From an uncultured Acidobacteriota bacterium (GTDB lineage: Bacteria > Actinomycetota > Acidimicrobiia > Spongiisociales > ZC4RG35), in the NCBI GenBank assembly GCA_963837055.1, contig CAWILU010000003.1, forward strand, positions 199,524-263,523: a stretch of DNA of 64,000 nt, given 5' to 3'. Position numbers and translations under genes: made by a program. Shown in pieces: positions 37,164-47,886 of the stretch; position 1 is the first letter of the stretch, and every line of letters starts with the position of its first letter. The notes under the pieces are model-generated. The model saw nothing but the letters and a program-made list of their open reading frames with translations. It was not told the origin of the DNA and searched no databases.

Positions 37164-38381
37164 GTGACAGATCTCTCGCATCTGAAAGCCGATTTCCCGG
37201 TCCTCTCCAACGGGGTCCACTTCCTCGATTCAGGTGCGTCGTCACAGAAGCCGATCCCGGTCCTCGAAGCGATGGATCGGTTCGCTCGCACCTCCTACGC
37301 CAACGTGCACCGTGGCGCATACAAGCTCTCTGTGGCATCCACCGACGCCTACGAAGCGGCACGGGCCCGGGTCGCCGCCTTCATTGGCAGCCCCGATCCT
37401 CGTCAGGTGATCTTCACCAGGGGCACCACCACCGCGCTCAACACCGTTGCCTTTGGCTGGGGGATGGAGCACCTCGGGCCCGGTGATCGGATCCTCGCCA
37501 CCGAGATCGAGCATCACGCCAACCTCGTGCCCTGGCAAATGGTCGCCAAGCGATCCGGCGCCAGCCTGGACCACGTGCCGATGACAGATGAGTTCAGGCT
37601 GGACCTCGCCGCCTACGAGCAAATGCTCGGGCCTGACGTCAAGATCGTCGCAGTGACCGGAATGTCGAACGTGCTCGGCATCATGCCCCCGATCCGGTTC
37701 ATCTCAGACCTCGCCCATCGGCACGGCGCTCGAGTCGTGGTGGATGCGGCACAGTTGGTGCCCCATTCGCCGGTCGACGTCGAGGCATTGGGGGCGGATT
37801 TCGTCGCCTTCTCGTCACACAAGATGCTGGGCCCGACCGGCATCGGAGTGCTTTGGGGCCGTATGGATGCCCTCGAGGACACCGAGCCTTTCGAGGGCGG
37901 CGGCGAGATGATCTCCGATGTCACTCTGCACGACGCGACCTGGGCGGAGATCCCCCACCGCTTCGAGGCGGGGACACCGCCGATCATCGAGGCCGTCGGA
38001 CTTCATGCCGCCATCGACTATCTCGACTCGATCGGTATGGACCAGGTGATCGATCACGACCGAGAGCTGACCGGTATCGCCCTGGATCGGCTCAGCGACG
38101 TCCCCGGTCTGCACGTCCAGGGCCCGACCAGCCTCGAAGACCGGGGTGGGGTCGTGTCGATGTCGATGGATGGGGTGCATGCCCATGACCTGGCCACCAT
38201 CCTCGATGAGGAAGGCGTGGCGGTCCGTTCCGGCCACCACTGCGCCAAGCCGTTGATGCGGCGTCTTGGGGTCGCTGCCACCGCCAGGGCGAGTTTCTAC
38301 GTCTACAACACCGAGGAGGACATCGATGCCTTGATCGGTGGCCTCCGTCGTGCCGGGGAGCTGTTCGGAGTCGGGTCGTGA
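37164..38381 (+). CDS. sufS: Cysteine desulfurase SufS (class II aminotransferase V)
   Basis: YANVHRG...FSSHKMLGPTGIGVL...RSGHHCA. Confidence 0.9.
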   Translation: MTDLSHLKADFPVLSNGVHFLDSGASSQKPIPVLEAMDRFARTSYANVHRGAYKLSVASTDAYEAARARVAAFIGSPDPRQVIFTRGTTTALNTVAFGWGMEHLGPGDRILATEIEHHANLVPWQMVAKRSGASLDHVPMTDEFRLDLAAYEQMLGPDVKIVAVTGMSNVLGIMPPIRFISDLAHRHGARVVVDAAQLVPHSPVDVEALGADFVAFSSHKMLGPTGIGVLWGRMDALEDTEPFEGGGEMISDVTLHDATWAEIPHRFEAGTPPIIEAVGLHAAIDYLDSIGMDQVIDHDRELTGIALDRLSDVPGLHVQGPTSLEDRGGVVSMSMDGVHAHDLATILDEEGVAVRSGHHCAKPLMRRLGVAATARASFYVYNTEEDIDALIGGLRRAGELFGVGS

Positions 38382-38818
38382 GTCTCGAGGATCTCTACCG
38401 CGAGGTGATCCTCGATCATTATCGAAGCCCCCGGAACCAGGGTCATCTGGAAAGCCCGGACGCCAAGGCAGAGGGGGTCAACCCCTTGTGCGGAGATGAG
38501 CTGACTATCGAGCTCAACTTCCAGGACGGCCGGGTCTCCGAGGTGGCCATCGACGGGCAAGGGTGCTCGATCAGCCAATCGTCCGCCTCGATGATGACCG
38601 AGGCGATCAAGGGAAAGACTCGTGAGGAGATCGAGACCATCACTCAGAAGTTCCGGGACATGATGTCCTTGGACGGCGAGACCGACATCGGGCTCGATCC
38701 GGAACGACCCGGCGCGGTGCTTGGGGACCTCGAGTCCCTCCAGGGCGTCCGCAAGTACCCGGTCCGGATCAAGTGCGCCAGCCTCGGCTGGAACGTGCTT
38801 GTCGATGCGCTGTCCTAA
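38378..38818 (+). CDS. sufU: SufU/IscU-like Fe-S scaffold / sulfurtransferase
   Basis: LYREVILDHYRSPRN...NPLCGDE...GCSISQSS...KCASLGW. Confidence 0.9.
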   Translation: MSLEDLYREVILDHYRSPRNQGHLESPDAKAEGVNPLCGDELTIELNFQDGRVSEVAIDGQGCSISQSSASMMTEAIKGKTREEIETITQKFRDMMSLDGETDIGLDPERPGAVLGDLESLQGVRKYPVRIKCASLGWNVLVDALS

Positions 38819-38939
38819 TTGCCGGCCGTCTTCGCCCCTCAGCCACCCTCAGTCAATCGAAAGCGGCGTCAGCGACCCTCACACCTCGGGGCGAACAGAC
38901 GCCGGTCGGCCGGGGCTTCCGTCGCGTTGAAAGGTCCCC

Positions 38940-39140
38940 TCAATCGAAGTCGGTGAGGACCTCTTCGAGCCGCTCGCCCACCGAGTCGAGGCGGGCCCGG
39001 CAGAAGGCGAGTAGGTCGGAGGCGCGCTGCACGTCGGCGAGGAGCGTGTCGATATCGACCTCGTCGCCGCGGAGCCGGGCATGGATCGCCCGCAACTCGT
39101 CCAAAGCCTCCCGGTAGGTCATCTGAGACTCGGTCATCAA
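38940..39140 (-). CDS. xseB: Exodeoxyribonuclease VII small subunit
   Basis: 66 aa. TYREALDELRAIHARL. Confidence 0.8.
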   Translation of the reverse strand: MMTESQMTYREALDELRAIHARLRGDEVDIDTLLADVQRASDLLAFCRARLDSVGERLEEVLTDFD

Positions 39141-40369
39141 TCCTCCACCCTCATCCGCACCGACCCGTCGGCCAGTCTGACGCCGACTCGATCGCCAGGA
39201 TTGAGCTCGCCGGCGCTTCGCACCACCGCCCCATCAGGACGCGTGACCAGTGCGAAACCGCGCTTCAAGGTCGGCTCGACACCGATCGCGGCGAACATCT
39301 CGGCGAAGACCGACATTTGCTCTCGCTGCCGCTGGACCCCGGCCCGGGCCCCCTCGCCCAGACTCGTCTCCAAGACGTCGAGTTGGTCGCTCTGTCTGAG
39401 AAGCACGCCTCGAGTGCCGGCGAGCTGAGATGCCGTGTGGTCGAGCCCCACGATGGCGCCGTTCCAGGCCGTTTGTGCCGCATCACGAATCAGGCGCCTG
39501 GCCGTCTCCAACCTGCCCGAGTAGTCCGCAACCCTTGCCACGATCCACTCCGCTGCCGCAGTCGGTGTCTTCAGGGCAACAGCCGCGGTCTCGTCGGCGA
39601 CGGTGCGATCTGTCTCATGGCCGACCCCGGTGACAACGGGCACGGGCATCCGGGCAATGATTCTCCCGACTTCCTCGGCGTCGAAGGCCGCCAGATCCAG
39701 CTTGGATCCCCCGCCTCGGACGATGGCGACGAGATCCACGTCCTCGGCGGCGAGCCGCTCCATTGCCCGAACCAGATTGGAGACCGCAGCCTCACCCTGC
39801 ATGGCGGCCTGGACCGTTCGCACCGAGAACCGGTACCCGGGGCGCCGAAGCTGATCGAGGAAATCGGCGTGAGCAGCTGAACCGCGACTGGTCACCAGTC
39901 CGATCGTCAATGGCAGGAGGGGAAGCTCCAGACGGCCATTGGCATCCAGGGAGCCATCGGCGGCGAGACGGCGCATCACCTCGTCACGGTCGAGTGCCAG
40001 CCGCCCCGCCGTGAAGGCAGGGTCGACCTCGAGAAGGCTGAGCTGCAGGTGTCCCCGGTTGCGGCGGACCCCGACGGTCCCCTTGACCCGCACCTCGATC
40101 CCGCTGCGGAGACCGCCGACACCAGCCGAGTCCAGCGCTTGTGAGACGGTCATCATCATTCGTCCCGACGCTCCCACCTCGATGGCATTGTCGGAATGCT
40201 CGGGATCCACCAGCCGGAAGAACGCTGCGCCTCGATTGGTGCGCTGAAAGCCGGATACCTCGCCTCGCACCCAAACCGAGCCGGGCACCGCGGCTCCGAC
40301 TGCTGTTTCCAGGGTGGTCAGGAGCTGGGCGACGGTGAGAGTCTCCTCGCTCACCTCAGGTGATCCCAC
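39137..40369 (-). CDS. xseA: Exodeoxyribonuclease VII large subunit
   Basis: 410 aa. [12 protein letters not shown]-fold start, [30 protein letters not shown]. Confidence 0.9.
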   Translation of the reverse strand: MGSPEVSEETLTVAQLLTTLETAVGAAVPGSVWVRGEVSGFQRTNRGAAFFRLVDPEHSDNAIEVGASGRMMMTVSQALDSAGVGGLRSGIEVRVKGTVGVRRNRGHLQLSLLEVDPAFTAGRLALDRDEVMRRLAADGSLDANGRLELPLLPLTIGLVTSRGSAAHADFLDQLRRPGYRFSVRTVQAAMQGEAAVSNLVRAMERLAAEDVDLVAIVRGGGSKLDLAAFDAEEVGRIIARMPVPVVTGVGHETDRTVADETAAVALKTPTAAAEWIVARVADYSGRLETARRLIRDAAQTAWNGAIVGLDHTASQLAGTRGVLLRQSDQLDVLETSLGEGARAGVQRQREQMSVFAEMFAAIGVEPTLKRGFALVTRPDGAVVRSAGELNPGDRVGVRLADGSVRMRVED

Positions 40370-41753
40370 CCTCGGTCATCTTCTTGAGGTCGAGGGCGGC
40401 ATCGAGTTCAGCCTCTGTCATCAGCCCGGCTTCGAGCACCAGCTCTCGTACTGGGCGACCGGTCGCTGCCGACTCCTTAGCGATCCGGGCCCCGTTGTCG
40501 TAGCCGATATGAGGGTTGAGGGCGGTCACGATCACCGCGTTACGCTCGAGAAGCTCTTTGATCCGCCCAGCATTCACCTCGATCCCATCGACACATCTCG
40601 TGGCGAAGGTGCGACTGGCCGACGAGAGAAGGCCGATCGACTCGAGCAGGTTGTGGGTCATCACCGGCATCATCACGTTCAACTCGAAGTTCCCGTTCGC
40701 CCCACTCCAGGCGACGGTGGTGTCGTTGCCGACGACTTGGGCTGCCACCTGCATCATCATCTCGGACATGACCGGGTTGACCTTGCCCGGCATGATGGAC
40801 GAACCGGGCTGAAGCTCGGGAATCCTGATCTCGGCTATGCCCGAGGTCGGTCCTGAACCGAGGAACCTGATGTCGTTGGCAATCTTGAACAGGGAGACCG
40901 CGATGGTCTTGAGGACTCCGGAAGCCATCACGACGGCATCCTTGGCGCCTTGCGCTTCGAAATGATCCGCGGCCTCCGTGAATGGAAAGCCGGTTCGCTC
41001 CGCCATCAGGGCGATGACGGCCGCCGCGAAGCCGGACGGCGCGTTGATCCCGGTACCGACCGCTGTCCCCCCGAGTGCCAGCTCCTCCAATTCGGGCAGC
41101 ACCTTGTCCAGCCGGGCGACCCCTTTGCGCACTTGAGCCCCCCACCCGCCGAACTCCTGGCCCAAGGTGACAGGGGTGGCGTCCATCAGGTGGGTCCGAC
41201 CCGACTTGACGACATCTTCGAACTCGCTGGACTTCGCCTCCAGCGATGAGGCGAGCACGGACAGGGCTGGAAGCAGGTCTTCTCGGATCGCCGAGACCGC
41301 GGCGACGTGAATGGCAGTCGGTATCACGTCGTTCGAGGACTGACCGAAATTGACGTCGTCGTTCGGGTGCACCCGCCCTGACCCGGTCTCGCCACCAAGG
41401 ATCTCGGTCGCCCGGCCGGCGATGACCTCATTGGCGTTGGTGTTGGTCGAGGTCCCCGACCCGGTCTGGAAGATGTCGAGCACGAACTGGTGATCGAGTC
41501 GCCCGTCCATCACCTCGTCGGCGGCCACTCTGATGGCGTCGGCTTTTTCCTGCTCGAGATGGCCCTGCTGCTCGGCTATCTCGGCTGCGGAGCCCTTGAT
41601 GAGACCGAGCGCCCAGATGAATCGCCGGCCAAAGCGAAGTTGCGAGATCGGAAAGTTCTCCACCGCTCGCTGGGTCGAAGCCCCGTAATAGGCGTCGGAC
41701 GGGACCCGCACCTCACCCATCGAGTCCTTCTCGACCCTGTGCTCCACAGTCAT
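40356..41753 (-). CDS. fumC: Class II fumarate hydratase
   Basis: [11 protein letters not shown] signature and typical fumarase/aspartase motifs. Confidence 0.95.
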   Translation of the reverse strand: MTVEHRVEKDSMGEVRVPSDAYYGASTQRAVENFPISQLRFGRRFIWALGLIKGSAAEIAEQQGHLEQEKADAIRVAADEVMDGRLDHQFVLDIFQTGSGTSTNTNANEVIAGRATEILGGETGSGRVHPNDDVNFGQSSNDVIPTAIHVAAVSAIREDLLPALSVLASSLEAKSSEFEDVVKSGRTHLMDATPVTLGQEFGGWGAQVRKGVARLDKVLPELEELALGGTAVGTGINAPSGFAAAVIALMAERTGFPFTEAADHFEAQGAKDAVVMASGVLKTIAVSLFKIANDIRFLGSGPTSGIAEIRIPELQPGSSIMPGKVNPVMSEMMMQVAAQVVGNDTTVAWSGANGNFELNVMMPVMTHNLLESIGLLSSASRTFATRCVDGIEVNAGRIKELLERNAVIVTALNPHIGYDNGARIAKESAATGRPVRELVLEAGLMTEAELDAALDLKKMTEGGIT

Positions 41754-41792
41754 CTCTCCTTTTGGCTCGGACGGTAGTGGTCGGATTCAGGG

Positions 41793-42872
41793 TCAGCCGA
41801 GGAGGTGTCGGTACCCGTCATATCTCGCATCGAGCCTCTCCTGGAGATCCCATTCCCCATCGACGGCTTGTGCGGAGACGAGCAGCAGATCCACCAGGCC
41901 GTGGAAATCGTCGAGCGACACCTCCTCCATCATCGGGCGAGCAGCGCCATGCCCGGCCTCGACCTCATCGAGATTGCCCATGTTGTGGTAGTTGCCCAAA
42001 GGCAGACATAGGCCGGCGGCCCGATAGCCGTACACCCCGAAGGACGTCGCCTCACAAGAGCCTCCGCTCATGAGTTTCCGCTGATGCTTCGAGCCGGATT
42101 CGAACGCTGCCGTGCTGATCAGGTTGGTCAGATCCCGATCGAAGACGGTCGTGGCATCGCCGACCCTGATGACCGGCCCGCCACCCAGCGGAGCGTCAGC
42201 CGACGCGCGGGACGTCTCAATCGAAAGGATCCGGGCCGCAAGCGGGATGCTGCGGTGCTTGGCGGCATGAATCGCCCCGATGAATCCCATCTCCTCGGCC
42301 CGGGTCAACAAGACCCCGAAGTGATTCAGTTCCTCCCCCTCGCGAGCCCGATCGAGCGCCACCAGGGCCGCGGCGCAACCGGCCAGGTCGTCGCAGGCCG
42401 GGGCGCTCAGCCGCCCTTCTTTCGGACTCCTGGAGGCGAAATGCCACCGGGCGATGTCCCCGGGCCTCGGCATCGGGCCTCGCCGAACTTCGATCACGCC
42501 ACTCCTTCCCGCCGACTCGTAGGTCGACACCTGCGCACTCTCTGCCGGGCCGGTGACGAAATCGACCCGGGCCTGGTCGAAATACTCCGCTCTGACGCCT
42601 CCCCGGAATTCGAAGTCGGCCTCTCGCCCCGTGACGCCGGTGACGACGAAGGCCGGATGATCCATGTGAGCCACCGCCAGGACCGGGTCCCGTCGCCTCC
42701 GGCCTTTTCGGGTGATGAGGATGTTTCCCCCGGAGTCCTCGGTGAGCTTCAGGTCGGGTCTTCGCTCCACCCATGTCCTGACCCAATCGATCACTTCGTG
42801 TTCGAGCCCAGAGGCGGTGGGAAGGTTGGCCAGCTCGGCGAGCCATCTCCCGGCAACCGATCTCGACGCCAT
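41793..42872 (-). CDS. M42/M28-like metallopeptidase
   Basis: 359 aa. SGLEHEVIDWV...LAVAHMDHPAF...DDLAGCAA. Confidence 0.6.
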   Translation of the reverse strand: MASRSVAGRWLAELANLPTASGLEHEVIDWVRTWVERRPDLKLTEDSGGNILITRKGRRRRDPVLAVAHMDHPAFVVTGVTGREADFEFRGGVRAEYFDQARVDFVTGPAESAQVSTYESAGRSGVIEVRRGPMPRPGDIARWHFASRSPKEGRLSAPACDDLAGCAAALVALDRAREGEELNHFGVLLTRAEEMGFIGAIHAAKHRSIPLAARILSIETSRASADAPLGGGPVIRVGDATTVFDRDLTNLISTAAFESGSKHQRKLMSGGSCEATSFGVYGYRAAGLCLPLGNYHNMGNLDEVEAGHGAARPMMEEVSLDDFHGLVDLLLVSAQAVDGEWDLQERLDARYDGYRHLLG

Positions 42873-42885
42873 CAGCAGCGACGAT

Positions 42886-43686
42886 TCACACGTCGAAGGG
42901 GGTATCGGTGAAGAAATCGGCGGGGCGCCGGACCGGGTCGGTGCTGGTCTCCATCAAGCCAAGACGTTCCCGCACCGCCTTGTAACCGCCGGACTCGAGC
43001 TCTTCGGCAAGCTCGGCACCACCGGAGTCGACGATGCGACCATCGATCATGATGTGAATGCGATCGGGCGTGACGTAGCGCAGGATCCGGTTGTAGTGGG
43101 TGATCATCAGGACACCGAGCTCGGGGGACCGCATCTCCTCCACCGCCTGCGCCACCTGCTTCACGGCGTCGATGTCCAAACCGGAGTCGATCTCGTCGAG
43201 AAGGGCGACCCGGGGGCGGAGCACGGCCATCTGGAAGATCTCGGAACGCTTCTTCTCCCCACCGGACAGATCGTTGTTGAGCGCCCGATCGAGGAACCTG
43301 GTCATGTCGAAACGGGCTGCCTCCGCCTCGATCCGCTGTGACGCCTCCTCTTCGTCGACGCCCCGCTCCTCGGAGGCCTCGAGGAGGAATTCCCGCAAGC
43401 CGACCCCGGGGACCTCCGTTGGATACTGGAAGGACTGCAACAAGCCGAGACGGGCCCGCTCGTCGACTTCGAGCGAGAGCAAGTCCTGGCCCTCGAGAAA
43501 TGCCTCCCCGGTGACCCGGTAGCCGGCCTTGCCGGTGAGGACATGGCACAGCGTCGACTTCCCCGAGCCGTTGGGGCCCATCAGCGCGTGCACCTCGCCG
43601 TAGGGGAAGACCAGATCGAGCCCTTCGAGTATCTGCTTGCTGTCAACCGCCGCAGAGAGCCCGCGCACGTCGAGCGCCGTGGTCAT
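42886..43686 (-). CDS. sufC: Fe-S cluster assembly ATPase SufC (copy 2, with ~25-aa C-terminal extension)
   Basis: GPNGSGKSTL, LSGGEKKRSEIFQM, LLDEIDSGLDIDAV, ITHYNRIL. The ATG at 43686 overlaps the Rieske gene stop (ATGA). The ORF-track N-terminal extension is rejected. Confidence 0.9.
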   Translation of the reverse strand: MTTALDVRGLSAAVDSKQILEGLDLVFPYGEVHALMGPNGSGKSTLCHVLTGKAGYRVTGEAFLEGQDLLSLEVDERARLGLLQSFQYPTEVPGVGLREFLLEASEERGVDEEEASQRIEAEAARFDMTRFLDRALNNDLSGGEKKRSEIFQMAVLRPRVALLDEIDSGLDIDAVKQVAQAVEEMRSPELGVLMITHYNRILRYVTPDRIHIMIDGRIVDSGGAELAEELESGGYKAVRERLGLMETSTDPVRRPADFFTDTPFDV

Positions 43687-43994
43687 GAAGCCTCCCACAT
43701 GAGGTAGACGATGCCATCCTCGATCACGACTTCGTAGGTCGGCACCGGCTTGGTGGCGGGGAGTGAGAGGGGTTTGCCAGATCGCAGATCGAACTCTGAG
43801 CCGTGTCGGGGACATTCCACTTCGTGGTCGAAGACCTCGCCCTCGGCGAGGGACGCCTCGGCGTGCGAGCAGCGATCCCCGACCGCGAACACCTCATTGC
43901 CGATCCGGAACATGGCGATTTGGTCTTCGCCGAGAGTGACCCGGATGCCGCGATCCCGGGGAAGGGTGTCGATGGCGCCTATCTCGACCTTCAT
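43683..43994 (-). CDS. Rieske [2Fe-2S] ferredoxin-like protein (suf-operon associated)
   Basis: CSHAEASL...CPRHGSEF. Confidence 0.85.
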   Translation of the reverse strand: MKVEIGAIDTLPRDRGIRVTLGEDQIAMFRIGNEVFAVGDRCSHAEASLAEGEVFDHEVECPRHGSEFDLRSGKPLSLPATKPVPTYEVVIEDGIVYLMWEAS

Positions 43995-45253
43995 GCCACC
44001 CGTCCCTCCACCTGGGCGGTGACGAACCGGCGGAATACCTCATCCGATACCGGCTCTTCCAGGCCCTCGATCGGCAACCGGTCGATGACCTGCTGAAAGA
44101 AGCCACGGATCAACAGCCGTTCGGCCCGCTCCCGGTTCAGGCCGCGACTCATCAGGTAGTAGAGGTGATCGGACTCGAGAGGGCCGACCGATGAGGCATG
44201 CCCGCAAATCACGTCATTGCACAGGATCTCCAGGTTGGGCACCGAGTGGGCCTTTGCGTTCTCGGACAGCACCAGATTCCGATTCGTCTCGAAGGTCGAC
44301 GTTCGCGCCGCCTCCTTCTCGATCCTGAGGAGGCCGGTGAACACGCTCTGGGCATCGTCCTCCACGGCGCCCTTGAGGAAGACATCCGAGGTGGTGTTCC
44401 GGCCCTGATGATTTATCACCATCCGGTAGTCGAGGGTCTGATCGCCTTCGCCGAAGTAGAGGCCGACCACCTCCGACGACGCTCCGTCGCCGACCAGGCT
44501 CACACCGAGATCGAGCCTGGCCAATCTCGCACCCAGACCCACTTCTCCGATTCGCGAGGTGGCATCGCGACCAAGGACCGCTCGCTGATGCACCACCGTG
44601 GTCGCGGCGTGGTCGAAGCCTTGGACCGATAGAAAACGCAGCCTGGCACTGTCACCGACTTCGAGATCGATCCGAGGGACCACGAGCAGACGGGCGCCAT
44701 CGGCCGAGCGATAGGCGACCAAGACGCTTGCCTCGGCATTCTCGCCTACCTGGATGTGAAGGTGGGGAAACGAGGCGGTGCCTTCTGCTGACGCCTGGAT
44801 CTCGACCACGAGCGGGGTGTCCATCACCACGCCGGGCTTCACATCGACGTGAACGCCGTCTGTGGAGAAGGCCGCATGCGCCGCCGCGAGCTTGTTGAGG
44901 TCGACTGGGACCAGATCGGGGAACCCGGGATCTTCGGCGAGCTCAGTGAACCGGACGACATCGGCAATCTCCGATTCGACCTCGATGACGTGCCCATCGA
45001 CCATCAGGACATGGCCGGAACGCTCCGGAAGCGAGGCTACGAAGGGACCAGGCTCGAGGGCCGATCCGGGCCGGGCAACGGGCATGAGATCCTCGAATGA
45101 ATGGTCGTATTCGACATATCGCCAGTCCTCCTCGGCCCCGGTTGGCTCCTCCATGTCGGCGAAAACCTCATAGGCCGCCTCCATCCGTGACCGTCTCCAG
45201 ACAGGGGCAGAGGCGGCTGCCTGGGTGAGATTCTCTCGGTCGAACGCGGTCAA
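43991..45253 (-). CDS. sufD: Fe-S cluster assembly protein SufD
   Basis: 420 aa. beta-helix region and C-terminal VICGHASSVGPLESDHLYYLMSRGL. The size and N-terminus fit SufD rather than SufB. TTG start. Confidence 0.8.
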   Translation of the reverse strand: MTAFDRENLTQAAASAPVWRRSRMEAAYEVFADMEEPTGAEEDWRYVEYDHSFEDLMPVARPGSALEPGPFVASLPERSGHVLMVDGHVIEVESEIADVVRFTELAEDPGFPDLVPVDLNKLAAAHAAFSTDGVHVDVKPGVVMDTPLVVEIQASAEGTASFPHLHIQVGENAEASVLVAYRSADGARLLVVPRIDLEVGDSARLRFLSVQGFDHAATTVVHQRAVLGRDATSRIGEVGLGARLARLDLGVSLVGDGASSEVVGLYFGEGDQTLDYRMVINHQGRNTTSDVFLKGAVEDDAQSVFTGLLRIEKEAARTSTFETNRNLVLSENAKAHSVPNLEILCNDVICGHASSVGPLESDHLYYLMSRGLNRERAERLLIRGFFQQVIDRLPIEGLEEPVSDEVFRRFVTAQVEGRVA

Positions 45254-45277
45254 ACACTGCTCCGGACGGGTCGACAG

Positions 45278-45308
45278 AATGGTATTTCACCTATGGCGAT
45301 AGTGCGAA
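45278..45308 (-). promoter_or_regulatory. Imperfect dyad + TACCAT upstream of sufD-Rieske-sufC (suf box 2)
   Basis: Plus strand AATGGTATTTCACCTATGGCGATAGTGCGAA. In gene orientation it reads ...CACTATCGCCATAGGTGAAATACCATT, which shares AAATACCATT with box 1. Confidence 0.5.
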
Positions 45309-45368
45309 CTCTCCTTCCCCAGAAGCGAAGCGACGTTGGGGGAGGTGGCCCCAAGGGCAGAGGGTGTC

Positions 45369-46829
45369 CTATTCGGCCGCGAGGGCGTCCATCGTCACAT
45401 TCGAGGCCGCGTTCCACAGCATCCAGCCCAGGCCAAATTGCTCGGCAACCTCGATCTGAGCCCGGACCTGGTCAGGGGTGTAGCCGAAGTCCTGGAGCCA
45501 AGGCCGGACCACGACGTTCCGAGCCAGTCGAGCCATTCCGTCCTCGAGAGCCCGGGTAACCATCGGTCCGGGGTGATCGTTGGGATTATCGAAGTCATAC
45601 CAACCCGCTGCGTAGTGAGACGGATAGACCATCGGTGACGCCACATCGACCACCTGGGTGACCTGATCCCAGTTTTGGCCGATCCCTCCATCGTCGGCAG
45701 CGGCCGTGGTGAACCCGAACACATCGGCGCCAACCGCGCAACCCATCGGGTGCAGCAAGGCGACCGCCTCTTCGAGGAACCCGATGATCGTCGTCGTCCT
45801 GGTCTCGAGACTCACCCCCTGGTCGAAAGTAGTGCTCTCGGACCGAACATCGGGGAATCGGATGTAGTCGAATTGGACTTCGTCCAACCCCATGGCGCAC
45901 GCTTCCTCGGCCAGGGCCAGGCCATAGGCGCGCGCAGCCGGATCAGTCGGGTCCAGGAAGTACTGGCCATTCGCCTGGTAGGGCTGATTGGTCGCAGCAT
46001 CCCAGACCGACATGTCCGGCTTCTTGATGGCCGCGGTCGGATCGTTGAACACCACGAGCCGGCCGATGAGGTACAAACCGTCCTGTTCGGCCCGGGCCGC
46101 GATCGCACTCAAGTCATAGACCCCCTGAATGGCCCCCACTTCGGTCGCCGTGGGGTCCGAGCTGTTGTACCAAACCAGCCCCGACTCGTCCTTCAGGTCG
46201 ATCATCAACGCATTGAGCTCGGTGGTCTCGGTCATCTGGAAGAACCTCGCTATGTCCTCCTCGGCTGCCTCCCCCGAGATGTGCACCGCACGGGCGATGA
46301 ACGGCGCCAACTCGACTACCGACTCCCCCGCTCCGCCATCCCACTCGACCGATGCGGGGATCCAGGCCGGTCGGGACACAGCAACGGTTCCGGGTTCAGC
46401 CCCACGAAGACTGATCTTTCCCTCAGCATCCGTGGTGCCAGAAGCGGGGCCGGCGACTACTACAGCGGACTCCACGGGCGTGCCCTCGGGGTCGAGGACG
46501 CGACCACGGAAGATCCTCGCCTTCAAAACAACGTCGAACACCCCGTCAGGGCGCTCTGCGATCGTCACGGTCTTGGGCACGTGACCGGCCGCACTCACCT
46601 CGAGGACCGTGGCGGACCGATTCCATTCGACGTCGACAGAACCGTCTTCGGTGGTCGTCCCCACCTGGCGGGCGCTGATGTCCACCGATGCCGCCGCGAT
46701 CGGCGCCCCGGCGTCATCGAGGACCCTGAGGGTGTAGGGAGTTGCACGACCGAGCAGCGACCAGCCTGCCCACAATGCCCAAACGATGGTGAGCGCCACC
46801 AGCAATCGGAACTGCGATCGACGCGTCAC
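45369..46829 (-). CDS. Membrane-anchored putative glycoside hydrolase (DUF4015/GHL-type TIM barrel) with N-terminal Ig-like/carboxypeptidase-regulatory-like domains
   Basis: 486 aa. LNALMIDLKDESGLVWY...DEVQFDYIRFP...MVYPSHY. Confidence 0.6.
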   Translation of the reverse strand: MTRRSQFRLLVALTIVWALWAGWSLLGRATPYTLRVLDDAGAPIAAASVDISARQVGTTTEDGSVDVEWNRSATVLEVSAAGHVPKTVTIAERPDGVFDVVLKARIFRGRVLDPEGTPVESAVVVAGPASGTTDAEGKISLRGAEPGTVAVSRPAWIPASVEWDGGAGESVVELAPFIARAVHISGEAAEEDIARFFQMTETTELNALMIDLKDESGLVWYNSSDPTATEVGAIQGVYDLSAIAARAEQDGLYLIGRLVVFNDPTAAIKKPDMSVWDAATNQPYQANGQYFLDPTDPAARAYGLALAEEACAMGLDEVQFDYIRFPDVRSESTTFDQGVSLETRTTTIIGFLEEAVALLHPMGCAVGADVFGFTTAAADDGGIGQNWDQVTQVVDVASPMVYPSHYAAGWYDFDNPNDHPGPMVTRALEDGMARLARNVVVRPWLQDFGYTPDQVRAQIEVAEQFGLGWMLWNAASNVTMDALAAE

Positions 46830-46935
46830 TGAGTGGCGGAGATTACTTGTTCACCATGTGTTAATCGGAAAACCGTTTGCCAGATTCAGCCAGGAGCGTT
46901 AGTTTTCCACAGGGGTTTGACAGGAAGGGCCAGAT

Positions 46936-47886
46936 TTGGGGAAGGCCATAAGGGCCAAAGATGCCAGACCCGAGCGGGGCTCGAGTCCCGCCGACACCGT
47001 CGGTCTCTATCTCGACGAAGTCTCTGCCCATTTGCTCCTCACCGCCGAGGACGAAGTCCATCTCTCCAGATCCATGGAGTTGGGCAAGAAGGCAAAGGCC
47101 ACCCTTGAAACCGGTGACTACGACAAGGCCGACCGGGCCAAGTTGATGCGTCTCGTCGCCGAGGGCGACGAGGCCAAGATGACCTTCATCAGGTCGAATC
47201 TCCGGCTGGTGATCTCGATCGCCAAGCGCTACACCGGGCGGGGCCTGGACCTCCTAGACCTCATCCAGGAAGGGAATCTCGGGCTGATCCGAGCTGTGGA
47301 GAAGTTCGACTGGCGCAAAGGCTTCAAATTCTCCACCTATGCCACTTGGTGGATCCGCCAGGCGATCACCCGTGGTCTGGGCAACAACGGCAAGACCATC
47401 CGCCTCCCCGTTCACATGGTCGACGTCGTCCGCACGGTCCAGGACACCCGACAAAGTCTGCATGACAAGTACCACCGGGCGCCAACGCTCGAGGAGATCT
47501 CGGAGGCATCGGGTCTGGACACCGAACGGGTCCTGGCCGCCCTCGAAGCCCCTGCCGAGACCGTTTCCCTGGACAGACCGGTGGGCGAGGACGGTGACGC
47601 CTCTCTCCAGGACTTCGTCGAGGACGCCACCGCCGTCGACCCAGAGGCCCGTGCCGCGGCGGCGTGGCGCCGGGACCGGCTCATCAAGGCCCTCCAGATC
47701 CTCGACCCGGAAGAGCAGCAGGTGTTGTGGCTGCGTTTCGGCCTGGATGGAGACGAACCCTGGACCTTGTCCGATGTCGGCAAGGTGATCAACTCCACCC
47801 GGGAGCGGGTGCGTCAGATCGAAGCCAGGGGGTTGGCCAAACTTCGCCACCCCAGCTGCGACATCGATCTGCAGGCCCTGCTCTAG
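46936..47886 (+). CDS. Sigma-70 family RNA polymerase sigma factor, group-2 (SigB-like)
   Basis: Regions 1.2-4.2: DTVGLYLDEV, LVISIAKRYTGRGLDLLDLIQEGNLGLIRAVEKFDWRKGFKFSTYATWWIRQAITR, TLEEIS, REQVLWLRFGL, RERVRQIEA. TTG start with AGGAAGG 7 nt upstream. Confidence 0.9.
   Translation: MGKAIRAKDARPERGSSPADTVGLYLDEVSAHLLLTAEDEVHLSRSMELGKKAKATLETGDYDKADRAKLMRLVAEGDEAKMTFIRSNLRLVISIAKRYTGRGLDLLDLIQEGNLGLIRAVEKFDWRKGFKFSTYATWWIRQAITRGLGNNGKTIRLPVHMVDVVRTVQDTRQSLHDKYHRAPTLEEISEASGLDTERVLAALEAPAETVSLDRPVGEDGDASLQDFVEDATAVDPEARAAAAWRRDRLIKALQILDPEEQQVLWLRFGLDGDEPWTLSDVGKVINSTRERVRQIEARGLAKLRHPSCDIDLQALL

Noticed and set aside
46917-46922. TTGACA hexamer as the -35 of the sigma factor gene promoter
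   Set aside because: It lies only 14 nt before the most likely TTG start (46936), so it cannot serve as -35 for that start. It more likely overlaps the RBS region by chance.
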